Source: Raillietiella orientalis
Taxonomy: Eukaryota
Length of the DNA: 64,000 nucleotides
Direction: 5' to 3'
Assembly: GCA_036172245.1 (NCBI GenBank)
Contig: JAYWIR010000004.1
Coordinates: 4,898,001 to 4,962,000 of the forward strand
Shown here: piece by piece, positions 1 to 11,852 of the stretch
How the letters are laid out: each line of letters opens with the position of its first letter
Numbering within the stretch: the stretch's first letter is position 1
Made by a program: the position numbers and the translations under genes
The notes under the pieces: model-generated
What the model was told of the DNA's origin: nothing
Seen by the model: the letters and a program-made list of their open reading frames with translations, nothing else
The model's database searches: none

Positions 1-118
1 ACGCTGTGCAGGCTGTTGACAATGATGTCGGCGATCCTCTCCATCACGTCGTGCACCACCTCGTAACCGTGGCGGGCGGTCAGGAACTGGCGCAGCTGGC
101 GGAGGCTCCACTTGCAGC
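1..118 (-). CDS. TTLL9: TTLL9 exon, cut by the window edge ([40 protein letters not shown]...)
   Basis: Acceptor ttgcag|GC (phase 1). Open frame not listed in the ORF track; continues the TTLL9 alignment after the HLTN exon. Confidence 0.88.
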
Positions 119-3100
119 CTGCAAGCCCAGAGGAAAAGGCACCCAGGTAACGCGCGACCCGCGGTCGAGATCAGAAGCAGCAGCGCTACAGGAAGAAGCA
201 GCAGCAGAGGAGGTCCAGAGCACTTCGCATGCCGATCTCCCGGGAGCGCGGTAAAGGGGAGAGGGGGGGAGGAGTAGGTGCGTGCGCTGTAGTCGTGGAT
301 TCTTCGCCCGCAGGGGCGCCTCCTCTTCTCCGTTCCTCCTCCTCCTCCTCCCTTCCTGCTCGCTTTCGAGGGAGGGGCCCTCACTCGATCCCTTCCCCTC
401 CCTTAGCGACCGATGCCGGAGTGCCGGAGGCAGCACCTCCTGGAGGAACGCCTCGCGAGGTCGGTGGCTTCGAGGAGGTGAGCTGCGTTCCTTATCGTCT
501 GTTGTGGTCGGCAGAGGGACCGAGACACGATTTGCCCACTCCAGCCCTCTAGGGCCGGGGAGGGAAGGTATCGGCAGCAGGAACTATCGTTGCCAGGAGA
601 CAGGTTCGCCTTGCCAAGGGTCACTACCAGTGCGGGAAGGAATCGCACGCGAGGACAGAGGAGTCGGCGCCGACGAGGACTCTCCTTCCAGAGGGGTGAC
701 GATGAAGGGGAAGAAGGGAGGAGAAGGGGGAGGGAGGAAGAGGAAAGGATGGGAAGAGGAAGAATCGAAGTGGAGGAGAAGGGAGGAAGAAGAGGCTCGT
801 GCGCCGACCACCGTGGCGCGCGGGTACTTAACTTTCTCCGGATCGTAAGAGTCGGAATTCTTCTGGATCGCCACGTTCGTCAGGTGGGTGAACACGTCCT
901 TTATCGACGAGATGGAGTACTTCTTCTGAGAAAAGCGAGCGAAGCCCTCTCTGTACACCCAGGCCTTAAGAGGGCTGAACTGAAACGGCAACAGCAACGC
1001 GCTAGGTCTTCGGTCTTGGCCCCGGGGAAAGACGGGAACGACACGGCGCTCTCAGGCAGCGGCGGCACGCGAGCAACGGGTCTCAAGCCGGTGTATCTCG
1101 AGATCCAGGTCCACTCTATCTGGAGAAGCGAGCGCAGTGGTGGATGGCCGTGAAGCCCAGGCTCACGCTGTGTGGACCGACAGTTTTCTCAAAGCACGAG
1201 CCGACCCCTCAGGTCTCCGGACACCGTGGAATTTCTCAGTGGGGCGTCCCCCCTCCGTGGACGCCTGAGCTCAGATCCCCCCTCTCGGGTCCCTCTCGAC
1301 CAGAAAAACTTCCGCCGCGTCTGGACCGCTAGAGTTTTTACGATCGCCACGTGCAGCCGACTTCAAGTCGCGTTAGGTCGGCTTTGTGCCCGCCCGGGAA
1401 GCCCGAGTCTCGGATACGGACCGAGAGTTTCCTCTCCGTAGGAACGGCGGGATCAGAGCGAAATTCTAGGGAGCTGCCCTCTGTTGGGAGCAGTTGCTCC
1501 GCGAGGCACTCGCCGCGGGCGGAAGGGGAGTCCATGGTCCCGCCTCTTGCACCGGGCTCAGTCGGATCATGTGTCCGGACGGCAGCCTCGTTCTTCCCAC
1601 TCCGAATGGCTCCGGGATTCATCCAAAGAGGCCCGCGGCGGAAGGACACGTCAGAGTTGCCGGAGGCCGCCTCGCGTCTTCTGCAAGCTTCGCTGCCGTC
1701 AGCTCAAGTGGTTGATCGGCTCTCAAGAGAGGGGGAACCGAAGGCCGGTTTGTCGCTGCATTGCTCGAAAGGACACGGAACAACGCAGGAATTCCTGATC
1801 TTCGAGGACCCTGGTTGCGCGTAAGTCCTGACACGGACGAGGAGTCTCCAGAGATTTCAAGTCGCTCGGCGGGATGAAATCATGTTGCAAGAAAAAAAAA
1901 AAGAAAGGAAAAGAAAGGAAGGAAAGGAAGCTCTTTTTGAGCACAACAGATCGGGCGGAAGATCATGGGAGTTAAGCATGGAGGTTACACTGACCGAATG
2001 CGTTCCGCGACGGTGGATGCGGATGCTGGAGTCTCACAAGCGGTGATCTTTTTTCGTCTCCATCACTTTTTCTTGCTCCAAGAGGAAGGGAAGAGGAGGA
2101 GGAGAAGGAAGAAGAGGAGGACGCGCTTCCAGAAGGGCTTCTTCCCGCGCGCCACCTTCACGGCGCCGCGCGCGTGTGTGTTAGGCGCTGGTTTAAGAAG
2201 TCCCGGCAGAATTGGCGACGGATTCTTCCTGCTCGAGGGCGTCTCCTCCGCCTCCTCTTCCTTCCTTCGCGGGCGCGCCCTTCCAGATTTGCTTCAGGAG
2301 GAAAGCAGCGTTCGTGCCGCAGTGACTCTGGACTTGGGGTGGGCCAAAGTGGTGTCCAAGTGTGGCCTTTGCTCTGGCTACAGCTTCGTGCGGACGTCTG
2401 CCGAACAGACGCTGCGAACGATGCCAGTCGCTCATGCTGATCTCGGATCTCGACTGCCGAATTTATGTATTTACTTATTTTCAGGGGAAGCGGTAGGGTG
2501 GGGTGAGGAATCTCACGAACCTTGGCCGCTCGAAGAGCTCCCCAACAAGGACGCCACTTCCAAACCCTGCGAGCTGCAGACCACCCGCTTCAAGCTCTTC
2601 GCAGTCGCGAGGGGCATCCTACCCGGGACGCAAGAATTCGCACCGTGAATACGAAAGCTTGCAGCGTGCAGCAGCAAGTCCACGGTCTCCATCGGCATCT
2701 GCGATGACCTACCTACCGGAAATGACGATTGGGGGAGGGGGGAGGATTGGGGAACCTTCGTGTGCTGCTCGTGGTTTTCGACATAAATGGACCGGGAAGC
2801 GTTTTGCGGAATAGAAGAAGGGCAGCTGGCAGGATGATGCAAGACCCAGCGACACAGAACGGCACCTCCTCCTTGAACTCCCCAACTCAACACCCCGTCG
2901 GTGTGAGTACAAGACGCGGTCGATCGAAGGAGAAGAAAGCAGAGGGAGGGACCCAGCGAATACGAGTCAGCCGAAGAGCGGCCGCTGCGGTTGGTTGAGA
3001 TGGGAATAGGAATCCAACTTTATGGGGCTAATAGGCGGTGACTGTCGCACGAGGCGCAGCTTGAAACCGGAGTGAGGTCGTTAGGAAGGTCGAGAGGGAG

Positions 3101-5755
3101 TATCCCTGGATCCCTCCGGGGCGATGCGTTACCAAGATGCTCTCGAGCGTGATGCTGCAGAAAATGAGGGAAAGAAAAAATGGATGTCTCTGTGAGCCTC
3201 ACGCAGAGTTGCGGATCTCTCAGGTGGCCCATGGTGCCGCTGACGATCCAAACGCAGGTTGCGATCGTGCAAAATGGACAACAAACAGCGTGGAAAGCGA
3301 GCGGCCTTTCGTCTGAACATGAAGACGAAAAGCGAGAGGGGGAGAGGGAAGAGCACTTGGGGCTCCTGGAGCCCTCACGCTGGAAACGAAGGCGTTCCCA
3401 GCGGCACGATGGCGAAACTGCGGCGAACGAGCCGAACTTACGGAAGTGACCAAGACGTAAATGCGCAGGTCGAACTTCCTGCCCCCTATGAGATAAGGAT
3501 CTTCGATGTACTTCTGGACGATGTACGCTTCGGGCATTTCTGGCGCCGAATGGGAGATCGGAAGTTTCCAGTCCTCGATTTCCCTCAACCTGGAGGAGCC
3601 GTGTCCCTGAGCGCGCGTCCCCCCTCGGAAAAGCGCGGTCCCCACCTTTGGAAAAGGAATATCCCTCTTCCACGAGACTTCATAATGGGTTTCATGATCC
3701 AGATGAGGTTGGCATTCCTCCTGAATGTCTCGGCAAATATGTGGTATTCGCCCTGGAAAAGGACCAACAAGGACAGGGTTCGAACGCGGCAGAATGACGC
3801 GGTGGCGGGGACGCTTGCCCTCGGCGGTCGGAGGCGACAGGGCAGGGGGGTGGACACAGAGCCGCACGCGGTCGGTGCGCCAAGAATTGGGGAGGATCCG
3901 CTCGACAGAAGAAATCGGTGGATGGGGAAGCCCCTCCCTCTGTCCGTCGGCCCATCTGCCGGGGTTCTCCCCGGGGAAAATTGGCGCGTTGACCGAGCAA
4001 GCGAGCGTGTGGCTCGCTTTCTCCGCGCGCGCGTCGGACCCATCGTGTGAAGCAGCGGACAGCGTTAGCGACGGTGGCAAGGGTCTACGTCCCCTCTTTC
4101 GCGAGGCGACGCACTCCCAACGCAGGGCCGGAGGTGCGGTGGGGTCACCCTCGCTTAAAAGAAAGGCAGCGGTTAGCTGGAAAGGACCCTGACGGGAAAG
4201 GATGATTTCCCTCCTCCCATCTGGTATGCGGAACGCGAGAAGAGAAAGAGATGAACGGAAGGAGGGAAAAGAAAAAAAGAACAAAAACACCGCAGGGCAT
4301 CTCACCGTTCGAGCGCCGTGGTTCTTTAGAGAGGATGCGGACTCGCCACCGGAGGAGCTGCAGGCGGTCGAGGATGGATAGACGGAACGACCTGGACGGG
4401 GCACGCGGGGGATTCGCCTGTTGCGGGACGCTCGCCGGCGATGCCGCCGGCTTGCCTTGCTGCTTGTCTTCCGGAGGGACCCGCAAACGAGCGAGCATGG
4501 AAGCCAAGGGAACGCGGACGACCCAGGGGATGAATTCATTAGGACGGAAGGGCCGCCTGTGAGATGGGAAAGGGAAAGGACTTTATTGCTTCCTGCGAAG
4601 CGGCGCCCTCAGCGGTTCCACGTCCGTCCGGCGGGAAGGGGAGCTAAAAATAGAACTCTGGAAGGTCGTGTTGTTGCCTCGCTGAAGACCTCGCGCGAGA
4701 TTTGAGAGAGAGAAAATAAGAAAAAAAAACCCTCCTATCCACACGTCCCCAAAAGTGAGAATAGTTGAGCCACGGACTGGCGCCAAGCAGCCGAGGCACG
4801 GAAACAGCACTCCAAAGTGCTGCTCTTTCTTCCTCCCCCCTCTTCTTCCTAAGATCAAGCCCGCGCCAGAGTTCCGGAAGGAGGGTCCTCGGTCGCGCAG
4901 CGGTTGCGTTGCAAGGACCGCTCCTCCCAGGATGAACTTTCCGCAGGAGCGGGCGTGTCGGGAGGAATCCCTCGAGGACGGCCGAGCAAACTGAGGCCGT
5001 CCCGCTGCTCCTCGCAACGCTTCGGGCCACCAGCGCACCCGCGCCTGCAGGTGGCAGAGAGAGAAGCGCGGCCGCTGACCTCGCGCCACCTCTCCGAGGG
5101 CGCGGAAGATCTGAGCTCCAAGAGAGTTCGGGCTTGCCGAGAGCGCGAGTTCTGCGAGAAGGGGCCGCGTGCTGTGGGAGTTGCATGCGAGCATCCCTTC
5201 TGGTAGCGGGTGCTCCCGGGAAGGAGTTGTGCCTCCTCCTCAGGGTGACAGGTGGCAGCAGCGGACGGTAGAAAGTCCCCCCTCCCTTCCTTTTTCCCGG
5301 CTACTGGGCTGGCCCGCCGATTCGAGGGAAAGGCACGTTCGCCCCCCGCCTCCCTCACGATCCGTGTGCGATGAAGTTCTCTCAAGGAGAGCGGAGACCT
5401 CTGGGAGGAAGAAATCATGAAAGTTCGCACTCGGTCCTCAGGAGCAGGGAAGGAGGTCGTGGAGGAAAGGGGGGAGGAGGGGAACGGGAGGACGCAAGCG
5501 CGCGCGCGCGTTTACTGGGAGCTCGAACGTCACAGGGATGAAGTCGCACTTCGCCGCTTCCTCCCGGTCCTTCTTCTCCAGCTCTCTTCGGAACCTCCTC
5601 AGGTTCTTGACCATCAGGTTCTTACGCCCCAGGACGAAGAAGTTCCGAAAATGGGCGATTTTCTGATGCTCCTGCAGGTAGTTGTTGTCGTAGTGTGTGG
5701 AGAGCAGGGACAGGTCGCACCAGAGAATGTCCCAGTCGTCCCGCTCGGCGGCCAC
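1..5755 (-). CDS. TTLL9: Probable tubulin polyglutamylase TTLL9, partial multi-exon gene (5' exon(s) unresolved; 3' part outside the window)
   Basis: Exons 5516-5755, 3646-3752, 3442-3589, 832/833-979 and 1-118 give ...DDWDILWCD...[29 protein letters not shown]...[25 protein letters not shown]...WIMKP...RGRGIFLF...[45 protein letters not shown]...HLTNVAIQK...[18 protein letters not shown]. This matches the TTL ATP-grasp domain, TTLL9 subfamily (recalled motifs). Confidence 0.9.
832..979 (-). CDS. TTLL9: TTLL9 exon ([17 protein letters not shown]...[18 protein letters not shown]); donor site irregular
   Basis: Acceptor tttcag|TTC; HLTN.AIQK motif. The 3' boundary is 832 if frame is kept (TT donor) or 833 if the GT is used (frameshift). 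Confidence 0.88.
3442..3589 (-). CDS. TTLL9: TTLL9 exon (LREIEDWK...[25 protein letters not shown]), phase 2/0
   Basis: Acceptor ctccag|G and donor TCC|gtaagt; QKYI..P and KFDLR motifs; follows a 56-nt intron. Confidence 0.93.
3646..3752 (-). CDS. TTLL9: TTLL9 exon ([35 protein letters not shown]), phase 0/2
   Basis: Acceptor ttccag|GGC and donor AG|gtgggg; WIMKP...GxGI ATP-grasp motif. Confidence 0.92.
5516..5755 (-). CDS. TTLL9: TTLL9 exon ([14 protein letters not shown]...VTFELP), 240 nt, phase 0/0
   Basis: Acceptor ttgcag|GTG and donor CCA|gtaaac; TTL N-terminal WD..W and HFRN motifs. Confidence 0.9.
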
Positions 5756-8700
5756 CTGCAAATACGGCACACCGCTGCGGGCGCTGAGAGGAGGTTGGGG
5801 GTGTGTGTGCTCCGGTTCCTCCAGGGAGCCGCTGTCCCTCCCGAGGCCGAACCCACCGAGTCGCAGCACGTGGTTCCCTGCGGCTCCTTCCTTCCCCCCT
5901 TCCTTCCTTCCCGACCCTCTCCCGGCGCGGGCGTGGACTTCCTTTTCCTCGCTGGAGGAGGTGTGGCTGAACGGAGGCGGTCCCGGCTCAGTTTGCGAGG
6001 GTGGGGGAGCAGATGAGGCGGCCGGCTCGGCAGGATGTCCTTCCCTCGAGAGGGACTCGGAAGTCAGAGGGGTCTCCGCGCACCAGCGTCCCGCTGGCGC
6101 GAACCCTGAGGCGGGTGCCAGCAGTGCGCGCCAGCAGGAGCCCTTGGAGTCTTTTCGGATGCCGCCTCTTACAGCAGCATCCGAAAAGACACTGAGTCGG
6201 TTCCGTTGGAAGATGACAGCTTCTCGATACCCGGGATCCAAGCCTTTATTCGTTCCCCCCCCCCCTCCTCCTCTTCTCCTCTTGGCGGAGAAAAAAGTGG
6301 ATCTTTGCATGGAGCATGAAGGTAGCAGCGAGGCGAGATAAGCGCTCGCTACGACCCCTCACGTTTCCTGTTTCCACCCTGCTCTCCTTTCCCGGTGCTC
6401 CACTGCAAAACAACAACAAAAAAAAAGCACGTGCCCTTCTCGCGCTTCTGCACGGGCGGAGACCCTCGTGACGTCACGCAAGCAAGCTTCCATGCGGGAT
6501 GAGTTTTCTTCTACGGTGGAATCGCGCGTTCGTGCAGGGGAATGGGATGCCTCCCATCCGTGGCATCGCTTCCGCTGCCTTTTCCCGAGCAGCTGCGATC
6601 GGCCTCATCTCCCAGCGTGGCGCTAGAAAGCGGAGATGGCCGGGTTCCACGAAGGGGTGGGAGGAGTAAAGAAAATGGCAACGGTTGGTGAACCTGCGAG
6701 CTCCAACCACACCAGTCCTCTCCGTTCTCACCTTCCGTCCTTCCCTTCCCCCCTCCCGCATGCTGGATCTTCAAGGCACTGTGATTTGCCTCTCTCACGC
6801 TCTCATGCTTTTCGTACGTGCAGCAGACCTGCCTATGGCGCGACGAAAGAGAAAAACAAATAAATAAAGGCGGCAGTCCTCGTACAAGGCGGTGTGGCTA
6901 GCCCCGCGCGCACAACGTAGCGGAAGAATTCGAATTCCGCGGTGTGGGGGGGTCCGCTCTGGTGACCGAGGAGGGAAGCTCTCTGTACGCCTTCGACGAG
7001 CCGGACCGACTCTTTCGTCGTGAGGATTTCGGATGAAGGGCCGGAACTGACCAAAGATCGAGGAGCACTCCTCACCGGTGGTGATCCTTCGGTGGAGTCC
7101 CCCACCGTCGAATTTAAGAGAAAAACCGCACGACTCCGTGGGCTCCACATCTGGAAACGCAGAAAGAGTCGCAACGCAGGGGCGAGAAATCTTTGGTGGC
7201 TGAAAGTTTCCGTGGAGGAAGACGGCGCAAGACACAGAGCTGAAACCACAGAATCCTCAAGCAGTCTCAAGTCACACACCCAGCATCGAAAAGGCAGTGA
7301 AGGCTTATTTTCGGGTAGCTACGATAGCGACTCAACATCAACACAAGAGCACACGTTTAATATATATATTCAAGTTGAATAAATACTTTTGATATTTTTC
7401 TTCTTTTTGCTTCCAAGAGAAATGATAAATATTCTGCTGTTATAGCATGTTAAGATACATTTAGCATCTTTTATTAACACGATGACGTCATTCATGAGAA
7501 TCCTCGTGACGAGGTGGTATGGTGTCTTCCGCGTCACACGGGTGTCCACTCACTGTACACACTTCACACTGTATCACGGAATGATTCCTCGAGTACGGGC
7601 TTGCACTCGTATTTTGTGCTTTGGTACACTCTTTTGACGGCGTGTTTTCTCCAGGTTCCGATGGCAGGGTGTTCTACGAAAAACCAGCGCCGCGATTCCG
7701 AAATTCGTCTGCTGCCCCGACCGCAGCACTTTCTTTTCCATCTTTGGAAAGTTTCGTTTTCGCAAGGATTTGACGGTGTGCACATCCGGACACTACCGGC
7801 ACACCCAATGGACCAGAACGGCGGCCGACCCGCTGAGTATAAGAAAAAGGGATGGCAGTTTCCTCCGATAGAAAAAAAAAAAAAAATGCACAGCTGAAGA
7901 TTTCCTGCACACCGTAAATAGGAGCCGGACACGCTGATGAGGAACAATGATTTTAAATGATTCCCTTCGAGCAGCAGGATTCAAATAGGAACTGTCGTTG
8001 GTGGAAATAGGACCGCTCGATTGAAACGGCCTATAAAATGAAAGCAGCGATCCCCTTTTCTTCTTTGGGTACGTGTGTCATGCATAGTGAATCCTTCAGC
8101 GAGCTAATTATTCATCGAGAGCTGAATTTGGCGGAATCGGCGCTCTCTCCACTCTGCCTCTCGACCTCAAGAGCAGCTTTTTCGTGATGGAGAGCGACTG
8201 CTTCGTTGGTCCGCCAGCTGTGTGCCAGTCGATGCCAATTTCCGAGGTGCACTCTTGAGCAGCGCGTCAACAGAATTTACACGCGATCCACGGACACCCG
8301 ACAGAGCTCCTCCCATAAGCATTGATCAATAACAGCAACAGCAGCTGCGGATAGTAAGAGTCGAGGGCAAGGTCCCTCAAACTGCTCTATTCCCAAGACT
8401 CAAACAAGAAATTTTTCACTGAACTGAAGAGTCACTTTGAAAGCGAACAAGCACAATAATAATTTTTTTTTTTTTTTCTTTACTCATACCTCTTCCCATC
8501 CGCGAGATATCATCGCGTCCCTTATCGCGTTCGTGTAAGAACAACGAAATTTGATTTTGGAAACTGGTGGTGGCAAGTTTCTTGCCATGCCCTCTATTTC
8601 AGCAGCAACCGGAATTCCGCCGAGGCCAAGAAAACTTCAGAATTCGCCGAGTTTCGTTGTTGCACTTTTTCGCGCAGCAAAACTGCGTGGATTCCCACGT

Positions 8701-11700
8701 CTTCGGCGGTTTTTTCCCGGCAAATTAATCAATCATCGCTGATGAAAGCAAGCATCCAGCAAAACTCTCCGCCAATGGGCTTGGAAATGCTGTGGATCTC
8801 GATAATTTTCTTTTCCCATACCAACAAATAAGGTGGTCAGCGCGAAGATGGGGATATCTAGTTTGTTGACGGCAGCTGAGGCATCACAAAACGGTGCTGG
8901 GGTCCAACTTCCATTGAAGCTCATTTCATATTTAGAAACGAAACCCACCGTGGACTTTAGAAAACGAAATATTTTCATAAAGAATATAGCATGTCTTTCG
9001 TACTAGTGATGAACTGCTGTTATGCTTCGTCTTGATGATAGATCACTGCAACCGTAATTGAAGCTGCTTAATTTATTGATCACGTTCAAAAAGCAGACGG
9101 AAGTTCAATGAATTTCGATCAGCTTTGAAAGCCTTCATGATCGGTCGAACGGCCATTTCAGCTAAGTTAGATCGAGCACTGCTTTCTAAATGCAGCACGA
9201 GGGACACTGTCTACTGTTCCCTCCAAAGAAGAAAAATATCTACTAGGCCGCAGTAGTGGACCGATCTTGACCACCGAACCTCAGAGCAATAAAATGCTGC
9301 AAACTGATCCATGTCCATCTGTTTTTTTTCCAGTGTGAGTTTGTGTGTTTCAATCTAAATTTTTTCCTTGAAATCAAATGCATTATCTACATCAAGAATT
9401 CACGTTATTAAGATGTACGCACACACAGATCAAGTGCGATGCTGCCACCACAGATTTCCAACAAAATGCAAAATATTTTACCAGTAGTTTTAATCTATAA
9501 TGACGTCTGAAACCTCGTCCAAGTCAGAGGAAAGTATATGAAGGGAAAGGACAAGAAAAGGTGTACAGGAAAGTGTAAGAAAACCAGTGTAACGTTGATG
9601 CTGGAAAACATACGAACACCCCAGCCATCCACGTAGACATCACCAAGGCACTGCAGAGGTGCACTGAAACCAATCTATGGCAGTTCATCTGGTGGAAATG
9701 AAATTTTCAAAAATCTGCTGTCATGAGAAAGATCAACATCACTAGCATACTTGAAATTACTTATTTCTATCCACATGTGGGGCACTGCTGGTATCAACTT
9801 ATCCTCAAATTAAACTAAGGGAAGAAACCCTTATTTTTCTTGAAGGTAAGCCAAAACCTCACTTGGTTGCATGGCAACGATGACCCTTCTATTCTTCAGC
9901 CATCCGTCGTCATCATTGCGCAAACACAAATAGCCCTTTCGAATGTAAAGAATACAGAAGAATTTCTTTTTGTTCCCACAAACCCACAAGAGAAAATTAC
10001 CACATCCATTTGTTCTTGCAATACGGTTGCTATAGAAACTGAAAGAATTCTGATAGAAACAAAACCCACTCTGGTGATTTACTTCATTCCTGCATGCAAG
10101 TGTACGTAACGAAAACGAAAACTCGGGAAGTTATTTGATGTTAACATTTCAAGGCGCACTTCAATGCGACAAAACAGTGAATTTACGCAAAGAAGGATCT
10201 TAGAAAGCAGTTGCGAATGGATGCATTACTAATGCAAAAATGGCAAATCTCATCCGGAATTGTTGATTCGCTAGAATCAGGGTTACCAACGACTTTGAAG
10301 CATGTATCTCAAGTTGGTACTCGCTTGGTAATCCACTTAAGATTCGGTCCTTCTGCTGCTATAGATAGTTTCAGAGGAGCGCTTTCCACTCCTGGACTTT
10401 GTTTCGCACATTCCTAAAATCAATGATATGCATATTTTTTATTTTTTCTATGAAGAAAAGCACAGGTACCTCGGATTTTGCTTCCGTTTTTATTCGTTTG
10501 AACCACAACTTAAGGAAAAGGTTCGTTACTTTTGAAACCGTTTTCCAGATTCAGGTAGCGTTGTAGACATGGAAGACTATTTGAGCATAGAATTCCGAAG
10601 TAGAAAGAAAGGCCCTTACTAGGAGTCTGCACGTTTTCCAATCCTGAATTTCGAAAAACAAGTTTGAAGCCTTTCTTACTGTCCTGTTCGCACAAGTGGA
10701 ATCACCAGTTTTTATTATGAATTCCATAAAAGAGAGTATTCAGCAGATGTTTTGTTGCAGCAAGGACAAAGAAGCAGTCGTTTATATCTATAAGGAGCTA
10801 CCTAGATTTGGTAACACAAGTCGGGTGCAAGTCTTCTTATTATTATTTTCTATTAGGAAAAACACATCTGCATCCTTCAGGGCAAAATGTCACCTGAGGA
10901 GCTAGCATATTTTCCAGTCGTACCACAGTCGGATACTTTTTTTTTCCTGTACTTTGATGTGCAATCCAACTGTGATCAAATGCATGATCGATTGCAGCAT
11001 GCTAAAAGGATGCCTTGCAATGCTTGAAGGGAAGTGTCTGATAAACATCGCTAGTGTTTAGGTAATGGAACTGTTTTTACCTTGGAACTGATTGCAATAC
11101 AATCTGCTTTGTGTACGTTACTTGAATGTATCTGTTGGTTCTTTAAAAAGTTTCTCCCCGCTAGCAGGCATGCTCAAGGTTTTCCTCAAACTCGAGAGAA
11201 TCAGATAATTCACTTTAGCTCAGCAGCACGCCCAACAAGTTGTTTGACAGTTAGCTGTCGGAGCTACTTTCTGCATTTGCCGGTGTAAAAGTTTCTCCAG
11301 ACAGAGGTATTTTTTTTTTTTTAATTCAAAGTCTGAATGCAGAATCTGCTCAATTACTCGCACCTATAAATTCCATACATATACATGTATGATGTGTCTA
11401 AAAACAAAGTATCAAAAAATGCTCCCATCTACGTAAAATCAAAAGCCCTAAGCTGTTGCTGCTTTAAAATGATCCATCATTGGATTGATTAAAATTTAAT
11501 GAAAAATTCTGATCCATCATTAGATTTTTCTGCATCTTGATCGCTCTCACATAAGGACCCAAAGAATGGAAACGTCACCATATGTATATTATAATGCTTA
11601 TCGTGCTGTTTGCTTGCTTGAAATGCATATGAAAATGCAAGCCAGAAACTTTCTTAGGAAGACAGCTGTGCGCCGAGATGTGCCGCTCACATTCCGAATG

Positions 11701-11707
11701 GACATTG

Positions 11708-11852
11708 GGAGGAAGAGTCGAAAGGAATCACGTAAGCACACTTTGCCACTGTTGAAGGGAAAAGGGATTCTTCGATTCCAGCTTCTTCTTGAGCCTTAAA
11801 TGACGAAGAAGCAATTATGAATTCTGATTTGCTCTCAAGTGATCGTAGTTGA
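11708..11852 (+). repeat. Diverged ~145-bp direct repeat, copy 1
   Basis: Aligns by eye with 13599-13745 (GGAGGAAGAGT.GAAAG.AATCA..CGTAAGCACACTT ... AATT..GAATTC.GATTTGCTCTCAA ... TAGTTGA). Confidence 0.75.

Noticed and set aside
3220..4539. 439-aa minus-strand ORF
   Set aside because: Only 3442-3589 is TTLL9 exon in this frame; the rest is intron read-through in GC-rich DNA with low-complexity translation.
10141..10165. Minus-strand LKCALKC-stop as the calpain terminal exon
   Set aside because: No AG acceptor in the right place; the real terminal exon WLKSTMMC lies at 15375-15401.
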